The position numbers were made by a program, and so were the translations under genes. DNA of 64,000 bases from contig NC_068988.1 of assembly GCF_001194135.2 (NCBI RefSeq), positions 64,916,893 to 64,980,892 on the forward strand. The letters run 5' to 3'. The notes beneath the pieces are model-generated. The model saw nothing but the letters and a program-made list of their open reading frames with translations, did no database searches and was not told where the DNA came from. Shown one piece after another: positions 27,007 to 38,645 of the stretch. The stretch comes from Octopus bimaculoides. Lineage: Eukaryota. How positions within the stretch are numbered: position 1 is the stretch's first letter; each line of letters begins with the position of its first letter.

Positions 27007-27071
27007 NNNNNNNNNNNNNNNNNNNNNNNNNNNNNNNNNNNNNNNNNNNNNNNNNNNNNNNNNNNNNNNNN

Positions 27072-27113
<42 letters not shown>

Positions 27114-28125
27114 ATTGTTAAAGAGGACAACAAATGTTAAGGCAAGGCAATCATCTCAAGTCATATATATTATTATTATTGGAAAAAAATTCAAAGTCTT
27201 ACAGCTGTTTCTGAGATATCCCAGAGTATGGGATATTCCATCTTTGGAGACAGATAGGGAAAATGAGAAGGGTATAAAGTAATCTGTTACAGCACTTACC
27301 TAGCATACCTAATCATTTAGATCACCTGTGAACTAAACCCCCATATTTTGTCTATATATGTGTGTGTGTGTGTGTGTGTGTATACATGTATATGTATACA
27401 TGTATATGTATGTACGTTTGTGTGTGTGTTACTGTCTCCTTGACCTGACATTGTTTGATTAGTTGTGTGTGTCATTGTCATGCAAGTTGTGTCCTTCATT
27501 CCCAATCATCTGAGACATGTCTGTCTATGAGAAAATATTACCTTATTTGGAAACATGTGAGGGTTGGTGACAGGAAGGACATCCAACCATAGAAGACCTG
27601 CCACAACGAATTCCATCTTACCCATGCAAGTATGGAAAAGTGGACGTTAAATGATGATGATGACATAAACCAGTGCCAATAGCATAAGATAAACTAGCAT
27701 GAGCTATGAGCTATGGTATAAACAGGAACAGATAAACCATATAACGAAATGAGATAAACCCCATGAGATAAAGCAGTGGAAATTAGATAAAACAATCCAG
27801 TATAAACATTATAGTAAAAACCAGATGAGATAATCCTGTAGAAACCAAATGAGTTGAACAAGTATAACCGTGGTGGTGAACACCAGATGAAATAAGCTGT
27901 ATAATCAGGTTAGATAAACCAGTTTAAGTGTAATGGTTTAACCAAACGAGATAAGCCAGTGAAAACTAGACAATATAAACAATAAGAAATGAGACAGTAT
28001 AAACCAATATAAACATGAAGGTATAAATCAGATGAGATAACCCAGTATAGACATGATGGTATAGAGCAGATGAGATAAACCAATAGAAAGAAACTAGTGA
28101 AAATAAACCAATTTAAAGCAGCGAA
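26625..28125. repeat. Degenerate ~24-bp minisatellite interrupted by insertions
   Basis: agatgagataaaccagtataaacc-like units at about 26625-26778 and 27665-28125. Confidence 0.6.
27196..27251 (-). ncRNA. Degenerate hammerhead motif
   Basis: Minus strand: GTCT, CCAAAGA (decayed CTGAAGA), 12-bp stem II tggaatatccca/tgggatatctca, GAAACAGCTGTA, AGAC. Confidence 0.55.
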
Positions 28126-28862
28126 ACTATACCCACTGGTTGCTGTCTGTATTCTACTCCCAACACTATCTCAGCAAATCACAGTAAACATGTCCTCAGA
28201 CCCCACTCACCTTTACTTCCACCCATTTAGATAACAAACTTTCGCATCAATATGAAGAAATGCAGAAGAAATCATCGATAATGGAAGGTCTGTTGTCTCT
28301 GTATGAGATGATAGATGTAATTCATGGTTGTTTACTGTCAGATTTTGAGACCGTCAGACATCCCAATGATTTAATAGTCTCGGTTCTGATATTTTTAGAA
28401 AGATTTCCATCTTGTAATCAAAACAATGAGAGAAACTCTTTCGCTAGAAATAATATTTATTACGAATCAACAAACAATTATGTTGAGATACCCGTGGATA
28501 AAAATGTTAACTCTGCAGTAATGACCTCAACCCATTAGGTTGTAACATTCCATACAAATAGGGACATTAGGCAGTGACCTGATCATATAATGATAATAGC
28601 CATACATACACATATGTGTTGTGTGTGAGAATGTGTAATATATACATACATATATATATATATTATATATATAGATACACACACTTTCACACATACACAG
28701 GCATGGTGCAGGGATGGCTCTGTCATTAAGATGTTTGCTTCTCAACCACATGGTTTTGTGTTCAGTCCCATTGCATGGCACCTTGGGCTAGTGTCTTCTA
28801 TTATAGCCTTGGGCCAGCCAATGCCTTGTGAGTGGATTTGGTAGAAGGAAACAAAGAAAACT

Positions 28863-28893
<31 letters not shown>

Positions 28894-28903
28894 NNNNNNN
28901 NNN

Positions 28904-28939
<36 letters not shown>

Positions 28940-29399
28940 CACATACAGGTATGTTTGTGCCTATTTGTCTTGACAGAGTGGGGGTAGTTGTAAATGAATA
29001 TCACCATCAAACAAGCAGTGTCATTGATTTTCATGAAAACATGTCTGGTCAAAGGGAAAATTAATCTTGATTGGAAACAAAATGAGATAGTTAGCAACAG
29101 GACAGCCATCTGGACAAGAAAATCTGTCTCGATGAATCCCATCTGACTGATGCAAGCATTAAAAAGTGGACATTTAGAATGATGATGACGATGAAATATA
29201 CGTGTATGTGCAGTTGTCACCGAAGATAGAAAAGAATAAAATGCTTTCTCACCCTTATCAGTCTTAGTCTTAGGTCAGCCATGACCCTACAGGATCACTG
29301 AGATAGGGCTTGTCCTAGTTTCCATGGCATGTAATTAATTGAGAGTACAATACCTCCACCCTCGTTGCATAGGGTGCCAGGCTGTTGCAGGGCCAAAAC

Positions 29400-29670
29400 A
29401 TTGCAAACAAGAGAAAGACCAAAGTGAACTTCCTTCAGCTCCATCTGCGCCTTCAAGTCATTAGTGTCGTGCAGAAGTCATGGGTATTGGCTTTCCTTTC
29501 TTTATGCAACATAGTGTCGATTCCCATTGCAGTGATATTGTTGCATTGTTGTTTTAACATGTCAGCAAGGATAAACTCAAGACTTGGTTGTGCTGCCAGG
29601 CATATTCTGTATGAGATGGCCTTCACATTACGAGAAAATGCTTCAATGATTAATGCATAACCTTTAAACA
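29400..29670 (-). mobile_element. Decayed RLE-type non-LTR remnant (HERO/NeSL-like)
   Basis: Minus strand SLKHFLVM*RPSHTEYAWQHNQVL resembles the HIL..C....RY.WRHNQVL motif; stops and frameshifts present. Confidence 0.45.
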
Positions 29671-30156
29671 AGTGATTTCAGATATTCCTCAGGAGGAATA
29701 GATCATCACCATTATCATCATTAATATCAATCAATATCCAGTATGGGTTGCATTTTTTTGACAGGATCCTGTAGGCCACAGAACTGCATCAGGCTCCAAT
29801 GTCAGCTTTGCACCTGGATGCCCTTCATAATGCCAACCACTTCATGGTGTGTACTGGGTGTTTCTTTTCTGGCACTAGTGAGGTCACCAAGTAACTTGCA
29901 AGACTAGAAAAATGAAGGGGAAAGCCTCCTTCGTTGAGTGGGGTGATATTTAAAAGAAGGGGTTAAAGTGATCTAAACTAAAACCTTCCATCAAAATTTC
30001 ATGTTAATCTACGTTCCAAGCCCAGCTTTAAAATGACAGTTATTTTACTAAATTCTTCATTAGATGAAACAAAGAGTGTATCTCAATGGAAATATTGTAA
30101 CAAGAGGGTTATAGGATCAAATAGAAAAGAAGAAATATCAACAAAGAAATGCTTAA

Positions 30157-30189
<33 letters not shown>

Positions 30190-31187
30190 AAGAGCTTCTA
30201 CACAGCTTCTATCTACCAAATTCAGTTACAAGGCATTGGTTGGATTGAGACTGTAGCAGAAGACATTCATACAAGGTACTGCACAGTTAGACTGAACCTG
30301 AAAGCACATGGTTTCAAAGCATGCTTCTTAACCACACAGCCATGCCTGCACCAATAATAATAATAATAATGATAATATTTTCTTCAATTATAATGATAAT
30401 AATGATTAAAAAAAACGCATTCAAGATTTAGAATGTTAAAAAAAAAAATAGAGAAACAAGAAACAAACAAAATAAAATTATGCACGGAATTTACCTGAGC
30501 AAATTTAAAAAGAAAAATATTATGACATAATTATATTTTAAGATATTTTTCCCAACTTTCAGAATACATTTTAATTATTTGGCATTTTCAAATTTCTGTC
30601 TCACTCTTTGGATTCAGTTAGTTGTTTATTGTTTTCATGCTGTGTGTGTGTGTATGTGCATGCATTTGTGAGTGTGTGTTTTCTTTACTATTTCCTGATT
30701 TTACAGAGCTATTTTTAAACAAATATTGCAGCTGTAGGGCAGAACTGTGCAGAACTAGAAAACTGCATAACTGCAACTTTGCAACAACTTTTCTTTTTTT
30801 TTTTTTTAATATTATATGATGGTATAGTGTGATGTCACATGGGCAGAAGAATCAAAATTAATTTGTTATTAACTATTTCTAATTAAGATGTTAGTGTCTT
30901 TTTTTTTATGTCAGTTTTTGTGGCTGATGTTAATCTCAAGTAATGTAAGCGTGTAAAAATAGTTGTGTGTGTGTGTGCTTATTCTTGTATGTGCATATGT
31001 ATAAAACAGTGTGTATAGTGTATGCATGCATTTGTGTGTGTGTGTATGGTTTCCATCCATCTCTGTACTAAAGATTTTCCTGCTGTGTGTATGTAGTTAT
31101 GTGTATGTACATGCATATATATATGTGAGCGTTATGCATATTATATATATATATATAAATGCAAGTGTGTGAATATACACATGGATT

Positions 31188-31233
<46 letters not shown>

Positions 31234-31723
31234 TGCTTATGAATATGAATGTGTATGCATGTGCATATGCACATACGCATATAAATATATGTATGTGTGC
31301 ATATATATCTATATAAATATGCACATGAATTTATACATATATGTATAAATACATGTATGTATGTGTGTTTTGTATGTATGTTATGTGTGTATATAACTCT
31401 GTATATATGACTGCTGCTATTTTATATGTATACATGCATATTTGTATAGCTACATGTGTGCATGCATGTGTATGTGTGTGTGTGTGTGTATGCATTCATG
31501 TGCATGAATGTGTTACATCTATCTCTCTACTNNNNNNNNNNNNNNNNNNNNNNNNNNNNNNNNNNNNNNNNNNNNNNNNNNNNNNNNNNNNNNNNNNNNN
31601 NNNNNNNNNNNNNNNNNNNNNNNNNNNNNNNNNNNNNNNNNNNNNNNNNNNNNNNNNNNNNNNNNNNNNNNNNNNNNNNNNNNNNNNNNNNNNNNNNNNN
31701 NNNNNNNNNNNNNNNNNNNNNNN

Positions 31724-32192
31724 AATCATGATAGTGGTAATATTATATCTAACGAGCATCACATCTCGGCAATATTAATGATGAAACTGATGATGATGAT
31801 CATGATGATGATGATGGTGAGCCTGGCAAGAACGATGATGATGATGACAGTGATGATGACGGTGATGATGACAATTTTGGTGGTGGTAGCGGTGATGGTG
31901 GTGATGAGCCTGATAATGTCAGTGATGATGATGCTGGTGGTGATGATGATGATTACAGTTTTGGTGGTGGTACTGGTGGTGATGGCGATTATGGCACTTG
32001 TGTTTTGTGGTAATGTTACTAATGGAGAAGCTGATGATGAGGAGGAGGAGGAAGCAGTAGAGGAAGATGGTTCATGGTAGTCTAAATGATAGCATTATAA
32101 CAGGAATTTTGGGGTGAGGGAGGGTCACAATGATAATGGTGGTGGTGGTGGTGGTAGTTGGTTATGTTTCTATTATCATTAGGTAACAATTA

Positions 32193-32220
<28 letters not shown>
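31724..32220. repeat. Degenerate (GAT)n/(GGT)n tract
   Basis: gatgatgat and ggtggtggt runs. Confidence 0.9.
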
Positions 32221-32224
<4 letters not shown>

Positions 32225-32624
32225 GTTGAATAAATGAATGAAAAATAATTATTTCTCTATTTTAGTCTAAATCAAATAAGTCCCCCCCCCCCACCTTCGT
32301 ATTTCTCTACCTCTGTCAAGTTCACACAGGAAAAGATATTCATTTTTATTATTCTGTTAATGCTTTGTCTGCATTAATGAATGTGTGTGTGTGTGTGTGT
32401 GTGTGAGAACATATACATCTATGTATGTATCTGCATGCATGTTATCTTAATGTGTGTGTGTGTGTACTTGTATGTGTGTCTGTGTGCATGAGGGTTTGAT
32501 ATGAATACATGTATGAGTGTGTATGTATGTGTTTCATATTTATATATGCGTGCATGTGCATGTGTGAGGGGTCCCGTATTGATGTATTGCTCTGTGTGTG
32601 TGTGTGTGTGTGTGCATGTGTGGT

Positions 32625-32655
<31 letters not shown>

Positions 32656-33657
32656 AAAAGAGAGGATAGCTTATTGAGAGATAGATACATAGTGAGAACA
32701 ATTGAGTAAGAGGAGAGAGAGAGAGAGAGACTTTGGTGACAAATTACTATCGCTGACCTCAAGTTTTCTCATGATGCACCCCACAACATAACAATGTCCT
32801 TCTCACCTCCACACCCTACATCACCCTTCACCTTTTAATAACTTTGATTGAGGAAAACAGTCTCATAAATTGAACCCAGATCAATTACACACACACACAC
32901 ACGCAACTAGATAAACACACACACATGCAACTAGATAAACACACACACACGCAACTAGATAAATACACACACACATAAATCATTTAGCCTGAAGACACAA
33001 ATGTATTCCTATGACAAGTGCTAGGCATCGGATGCTCACTTTAAAAAAAAATATGAGAGATAATGTGTTTTCTTGAAGTCATTATTGTAATTGTCCAATG
33101 CAAGATTTATCTTATTAATAGAAATACTGCCCTGCAGGCAGTGTTTCTGCTAGTCGCCAAATAATACTAAGGCATTTTATTCCCAATTTGTGTAATTCTT
33201 CTGCTATGTGGTCCAATATCTCCTTTTATCCCTTACTCTATTAATAAATAGATTTAGTATAATAGCAAGCACCCAAAGACAGTGTTAGAATTTATGAAGA
33301 AATCAGGTATTATTCTGACTTAACTTCTCCACATAAAAATCCTCAGCTTATTGTATAATATATATATATATATATATGATTTTATACTTTTGCATAGAAG
33401 TGAGCAGGATTGTATGCCTAGTATGTTGTGGAACCCATTGCAGAATATTTAACTTAAGTATGAGTCAAAAAGAATACAAAACTGCAACATGAGTTGCTAA
33501 AACCAACAAACTAATCCAGAAAATTGTTTCTATCTGTTTGTATTGCTGGACATGTCTCTAAGCCTGAATAATGTGTAACAATCGCAGATGCTCTCCACTG
33601 TGGAACCCATATTCTGATCAACCAATCTAACATTGCAATCTTTATTTCTTTGTGTAG

Positions 33658-33813
33658 GGTGCCTCTTCAAGTCTAGTTGTGAAATTTGCTGACACAGAAA
33701 AAGAACGACAATTGCGTCGAATGCAACAGATGGCCGGCCCCCTCAGCCTGTTAAACCCGTTTGCTCTCACACAATTTGGTGGTTATGGAGGATACACCCA
33801 AGTTAGTACACAG
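33658..33813 (+). CDS. CELF4: CELF3-6 subfamily (CELF4/bru3/unc-75-like) exon: end of RRM2 and start of linker
   Basis: tttctttgtgtag|GGT...CAG|gtaagt, 156 nt, phase 0-0. Translates [52 protein letters not shown]; [22 protein letters not shown] is the CELF3-6 signature. The symbol is nominal: an invertebrate co-ortholog of CELF3/4/5/6. Confidence 0.97.
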
Positions 33814-34750
33814 GTAAGTTAGGTTTTGTACCTTTATTAACTAGAATATATCACCAATTCTTTTTCGTGTTTTAGCTATAGTTTTCCTCTCCACCATCAG
33901 AGCAAAGCAGTGATGTGATATCATGTTTATATTCCTTGTAAACAATGCATTCTGTGGCTCTGCACTTTCAAAGACCAGTGGAAGGAAAAAATAATCTCTT
34001 AGTTGAGAAACAGGTGAGTGTTGGTGACAGGAAGGGCATCCGGGTATAAGATACTGCCTCAACTGAGTCCTTGCTAGCAAGGACAAATACTCAAAAAACA
34101 AACATTTTTCCTAAATTGTTGTTGTTTCTCCAAACAAACAATCTCTCAGAGATGGTCTATTATTGACCATTCCCTTGATAAGTTGACCAGCAGCTACACT
34201 ATTGTCTTCAGTAAGTTGACCAATAGTAACTGTTTCACTGACCTTGGAAAGCTAGTAAAAGCTAAGATGAAGTTACTGCAGGATTGAAATGTTAGCCATA
34301 AGCTCATTAATTACACAAACTGGATTAGTGTCATGTTCTCAATCCATGTAACATTCAATATCCATTTGACACATTCGATTTGGTAGAAAACTTAATATTT
34401 GCTCAGCTTTTTAGTGTTAGGATTTATGTGGATGTGTGTGTGTGTGTGTGTTTTGACCTAAGGATTAAAGGTATGTGTGGGTTCTAAAAATAAGACAAAA
34501 GAGATCTTTTTTCAAAAACATTTACTTCTACATCAGCTGATTAAATTTACCTGGGATGTGAAAATAAATGTTCTGTTTGACTGTTCTTTGCTGATAGGCT
34601 CCAATAAGGCAGAAACATACCTGCTTGCTGTCACCTTATCTGCTTCCAAAGATCAAATTCCCTCCATCCACATAAATACCTAAAGTAAAACTTGATTTAG
34701 TGAAATTAATCATCAATTTCTAGGACTATTTCCTCTTTTATTTGAGAGTT

Positions 34751-35126
34751 CTTTATTCTCTTTTACTTGTTTCAGTCATTTGACTGCGGCCATGCTGGAG
34801 CACCACCTTTAGTCAAACAAATCAACCCCAGGACTTATTCTTTGTAAGCCTAGTACTTATTCTATCGGTCTCTTTTGCCGAACCGCTAAGTTACGGGAGA
34901 CGTAAACACACCAATATCGGTTGTCAAGCGAAGTTGTGGGGACAAACGCAAACACACATATATGTATACATATACACGACGGGCTTCTTTCAGTTTCCAT
35001 CTACCAATCCACTCACAAGGCTTTGGTCGGTCCAAGGCTATAGTTGAAGACACTTGCCCAAGGTGCCACGCAGTGGGACTGAACCCGGAACCATGTGGTT
35101 GGTAAGCAAGCTACTTACCACGCAAC
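34751..35126 (-). mobile_element. tRNA-derived SINE family A, full-length and relatively young
   Basis: Minus strand gtggtaagtagcttgcttaccaaccacatggttccgggttcagtcccactgcgtggcacc...; CpGs largely retained. Confidence 0.9.
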
Positions 35127-35754
35127 TGTTTACAATTCCTGTTAGGTGTTTTATTGTCTTTCTCCAACTGGGAGATAAATTTTAAGCATTTTGATACCAA
35201 TCTGCCTGAAAGCACCTCTTGGTTCTATAGTACAAACTTTTGGTTTTAAAGTGATCTAAACAAAAGCCTTCCATCAAAATTTCATGATAATTTCTGTTCC
35301 TGATGCCAGCTTAATAATGGTATAAGTTAAAGCTGTTTTACTAAATTCTTTATTTTCAAAATTAACTGAAACACAGGTTGTGTATACCAACTGAAATATG
35401 GTAGCAAAAGGGTTAATCAGTTACTCAATTCAAAACACCATTATTACCACCACCATCACCACCACAACCACTTGATTATTGGATAACAGTAATGGGGCCC
35501 ATTCTGTTGCAAATGTTAGAATCAAATCTGCAATCAGAATATAACACATGTCTTAATGTGCCACTTCCATACACTTACATACAGATATATGTGTGTGTAT
35601 GTATATAATGTGTACGTAAGCATGTGCTATCTAATGGAATTCTGTATGATCTGTGAACACTTTTAAACTGCTAATTAAAATGTGAATTAAATACTTCATT
35701 ACAATTCATGTTTGCTTTATTTTGCAAACTCTCATAGTTATATATAAATGTGTA

Positions 35755-35791
<37 letters not shown>

Positions 35792-35834
35792 TCACACTTA
35801 CACACATAAGACTCAACACAAAACAACAAATACT

Positions 35835-36000
35835 TCTCCTTTACTACAGTTTTCTTTACTTTTAATCATCTAACATTCTGAAGAAGTGCTTAAGCTCAAA
35901 ACATCAAAAACACTTATATCTTAATTGTTTATTGAGCATTAAGCTAATAATTACACCTTGTTTTCACTTTGTCTCTTTTTTGTTACAGTTTTCATTTCTA
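35835..36000 (+). mobile_element. Old Penelope-like terminal fragment with decayed hammerhead
   Basis: CTGAAGA-A-GTGC-ttaa-GCTC-AAAACATC (35878-35905) equals GAAACGTC with two CpG-type changes. The pyrimidine-rich tail resembles the reverse complement of the 40342 element. Confidence 0.45.
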
Positions 36001-36101
36001 GTTTGAATACATATGTGTGTGTGTGTATATTATATATATATATATATATAAAAGTTTAATTTATATTATTTGATGGTTATTATTTTCTGTCATGTTTTCA
36101 G

Positions 36102-36273
36102 CAATTAATGCAACAGCAAGCTGCGATTATGGCAGCTGCAGCTACACAAGGGACATACTTGGCTAGCCCTATCGCCTCCCTCGCAGCACATGTGCAGTCT
36201 ATGAATGCTTTGGGAGCTCCAAATGGTATAAGCACAGCAGCCATCACACCTACAACTGGATCGCTAGCAAATG
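36102..36273 (+). CDS. CELF4: CELF linker exon (Q/A-rich)
   Basis: catgttttcag|CAA...AAT G|gtaaat, 172 nt, phase 0-1. QLMQQQAAIMAAAATQGTYLASPIASLAAHVQSMNALGAPNGISTAAITPTTGSLAN resembles the vertebrate CELF4 stretch LMQQQAALMA...PMTPTSG. Confidence 0.93.
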
Positions 36274-36510
36274 GTAAATAGATTGAACAACANNNNNNNN
36301 NNNNNNNNNNNNNNNNNNNNNNNNNNNNNNNNNNNNNNNNNNNNNNNNNNNNNNNNNNNNNNNNNNNNNNNNNNNNNNNNNNNNNNNNNNNNNNNNNNNN
36401 NNNNNNNNNNNNNNNNNNNNNNNNNNNNNNNNNNNNNNNNNNNNNNNNNNNNNNNNNNNNNNNNNNNNNNNNNNNNNNNNNNNNNNNNNNNNNNNNNNNN
36501 NNNNNNNNNN

Positions 36511-37500
36511 GAAAAGTGCTTTGCAGCATTTATTCCAGATTTTTATGCTCTGAGTTCAAATCCTGCCAAAGTTCACTTTTCTTTTCATCCCTCCAGGGTT
36601 GATAAAATAACGAACTAATCAAGAACTGAGCTGGCAGAGACATTAGCACGCCAGGCAAAATGCTTAGCAGTATTTTGTCTGTCTTTATGTTCTGAATTCA
36701 AATTCTGCTGAGGTCAACTTTGCCTTTCATCCTTTTGGGGTCAATGAATTAAGTACCAGCTGTGTACTGGAGTCGATCTAATTGACTGGCTTCCTCCCCA
36801 AAAATGTCAGGCCTTGGCCTAGAGTAGAAAAGAATACTGATCGTCCCACTCCTCTCAAAATGTTTGCCTTATGCCTAAAACAAAAAACCACAGGCAATAA
36901 GCAAGCAGAATTATCAAAGCATTGGAATAAAAGCTTTGCAGTGTTTATCCTAGTTCTTTATATTCTGAGTTCAAATCCCACTGGGAAAACTTACCCTTTC
37001 ATCCTGTCAAGGTCAATAAAATAAAGTACCAGAATTGTTAGCATACCAGAGAAAGTGCTTGGCAGCATTTCTTCCAACTTTACATTCTGAGTTCAAATTC
37101 TGCCAAGGTCAACTTTGCCTCTCATCCTTTCAGGGTTGATGAAATAAGTACCAGTTGAGTACTGGGGTCACTGTAACTGATTAGATCCCTCTCCCAAAAG
37201 GCTTCAGCTTTCCTCAGATGTTATCCCGCAGCAAATTCAACACATAAACAAAACACATACACCATGTATGTGCAAGTGATAATGTTTACACAGCAAGCTG
37301 GCAGAATTGTTACCATGTTGGACAAAATGCCTAGTAGTATTTCACCCGATGCTACGTTCAGAGTTCAAATTCCACCGAGGTCGACTTTGCCTTTCATCCT
37401 TTCGGGGTCGATAAATTAAGTACCGGTGAAACACTGGGGCTGATATAATCGGCTAGTCCCCTCCCCTCAAATTTGAGGCCTTGTTCTTCCAGTAGAAAGG
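36511..37500 (+). mobile_element. Cluster of about five SINE family B copies or fragments
   Basis: Repeated ttctgagttcaaattc..gaggtcgactttgcctttcatcc units. Isolated copies also at about 19675, 25815, 42415 and 43590 (+), and 53945 and 57588 (-). Confidence 0.8.
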
Positions 37501-37521
37501 ATTATTATTATTATTATTATT

Positions 37522-37810
37522 GTTCAGTAGTTTTATTTTTATAACTTGCTTTCACTTCACTACCAAGCGCCTTGGGTATGTGCTGTGGTTTGCTGTGATG
37601 CTCTTATGGTTACTGTATTGAAAGTGTTTTGCGTAGGATGTGTGCAGTACCCAGTAGTGCAATTTTCTGTATGTTATATATATTTGTAAGTCCTGGTGTT
37701 TTTGTTATGTATTTGTCTGAATATTTTTTTATTATACCTAAGGCACCTACTATAATAGGAATTGTTTCTGTTTTTAGATTCCACATTCGAGTTATCTCTA
37801 TTTCCAGGTC
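37522..37810 (-). mobile_element. 5'-truncated R4/Dong-like (RLE) non-LTR retrotransposon in (AAT)n
   Basis: Minus strand DLEIEITRMWNLKTETIPIIVGALGIIKKYSDKYITKTPGLTNIYNIQKIALLGTAHILRKTLSIQ* (37810-37610); (ATT)n on both sides. Confidence 0.85.
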
Positions 37811-37850
<40 letters not shown>

Positions 37851-37903
37851 ATGATTTCAAATCAGTTCTCACCAATGTTCGACTGTCGTTCCCTTCTATT
37901 TAG

Positions 37904-38032
37904 GTACAGCAACATCACCAGCTATTAATGGTGCCCCCAACATGCTTTCACCAACCGTAACCAGTTTCCCAGTTCCCCAGGCTAACAGCCAAGCACCAGA
38001 AGTGTACGCCAATGGAATTCCACATTATCCAG
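37904..38032 (+). CDS. CELF4: CELF linker exon
   Basis: cccttctatttag|GT ACA...CCA G|gtttgt, 129 nt, phase 1-1. (G)TATSPAINGAPNMLSPTVTSFPVPQANSQAPEVYANGIPHYP resembles the CELF4 stretch PQANGQ..EAVFANGIHPYP. Confidence 0.92.
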
Positions 38033-38586
38033 GTTTGTCTTTATGTACTTCACAATATTCCATTCTTTGTTATTTATTCATTTATTTGCTTCTCTTTAGT
38101 TTTTTTCCTTGAATTTTTTGTTCCTTTTTTTTTATTATTTCTTCCTGCTTTTATTTAAATTTGTGGGAGTTCTGCAGAAATTCTGTTTTTTATAAGTTGC
38201 CCTATTTCTATTTTGGTGCCTAAAATTTCTAGAGCTTCAAAATATCATTTCCCTACATCTTCTGATTCATTCCCATAGTTGAGGCTGTTTCTAGTGTAAC
38301 ACTGAAATAGACGAATGTCATATCAAGGAGAATTATATATATATATTCAGTCTGTTTTTAAGGGGCTAGCTTTTGAGAGTTTCATTTCCTCGCATTCGGT
38401 AAAAATGTATTTTTTATGGTAGTCTGACCTTAGTCCCTCATAGCATGAGGCATTCTTGTATAGTAATGCCCTTATATAAATAAATATATTTTGGGGAATA
38501 AATGATGGATTTTTTCCCTTATGAGGTTTTTTTCATGCTAGCTACTTGATAGATTCTTGTAAAAGAATTCATCCTATTATTGAATT

Positions 38587-38645
<59 letters not shown>

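Noticed and set aside
32380-32660. UG/UGCAUG-rich block upstream of an exon as a CELF/RBFOX autoregulatory element
   Set aside because: Such degenerate (TG)n tracts occur throughout the window on both strands; no enrichment can be claimed.
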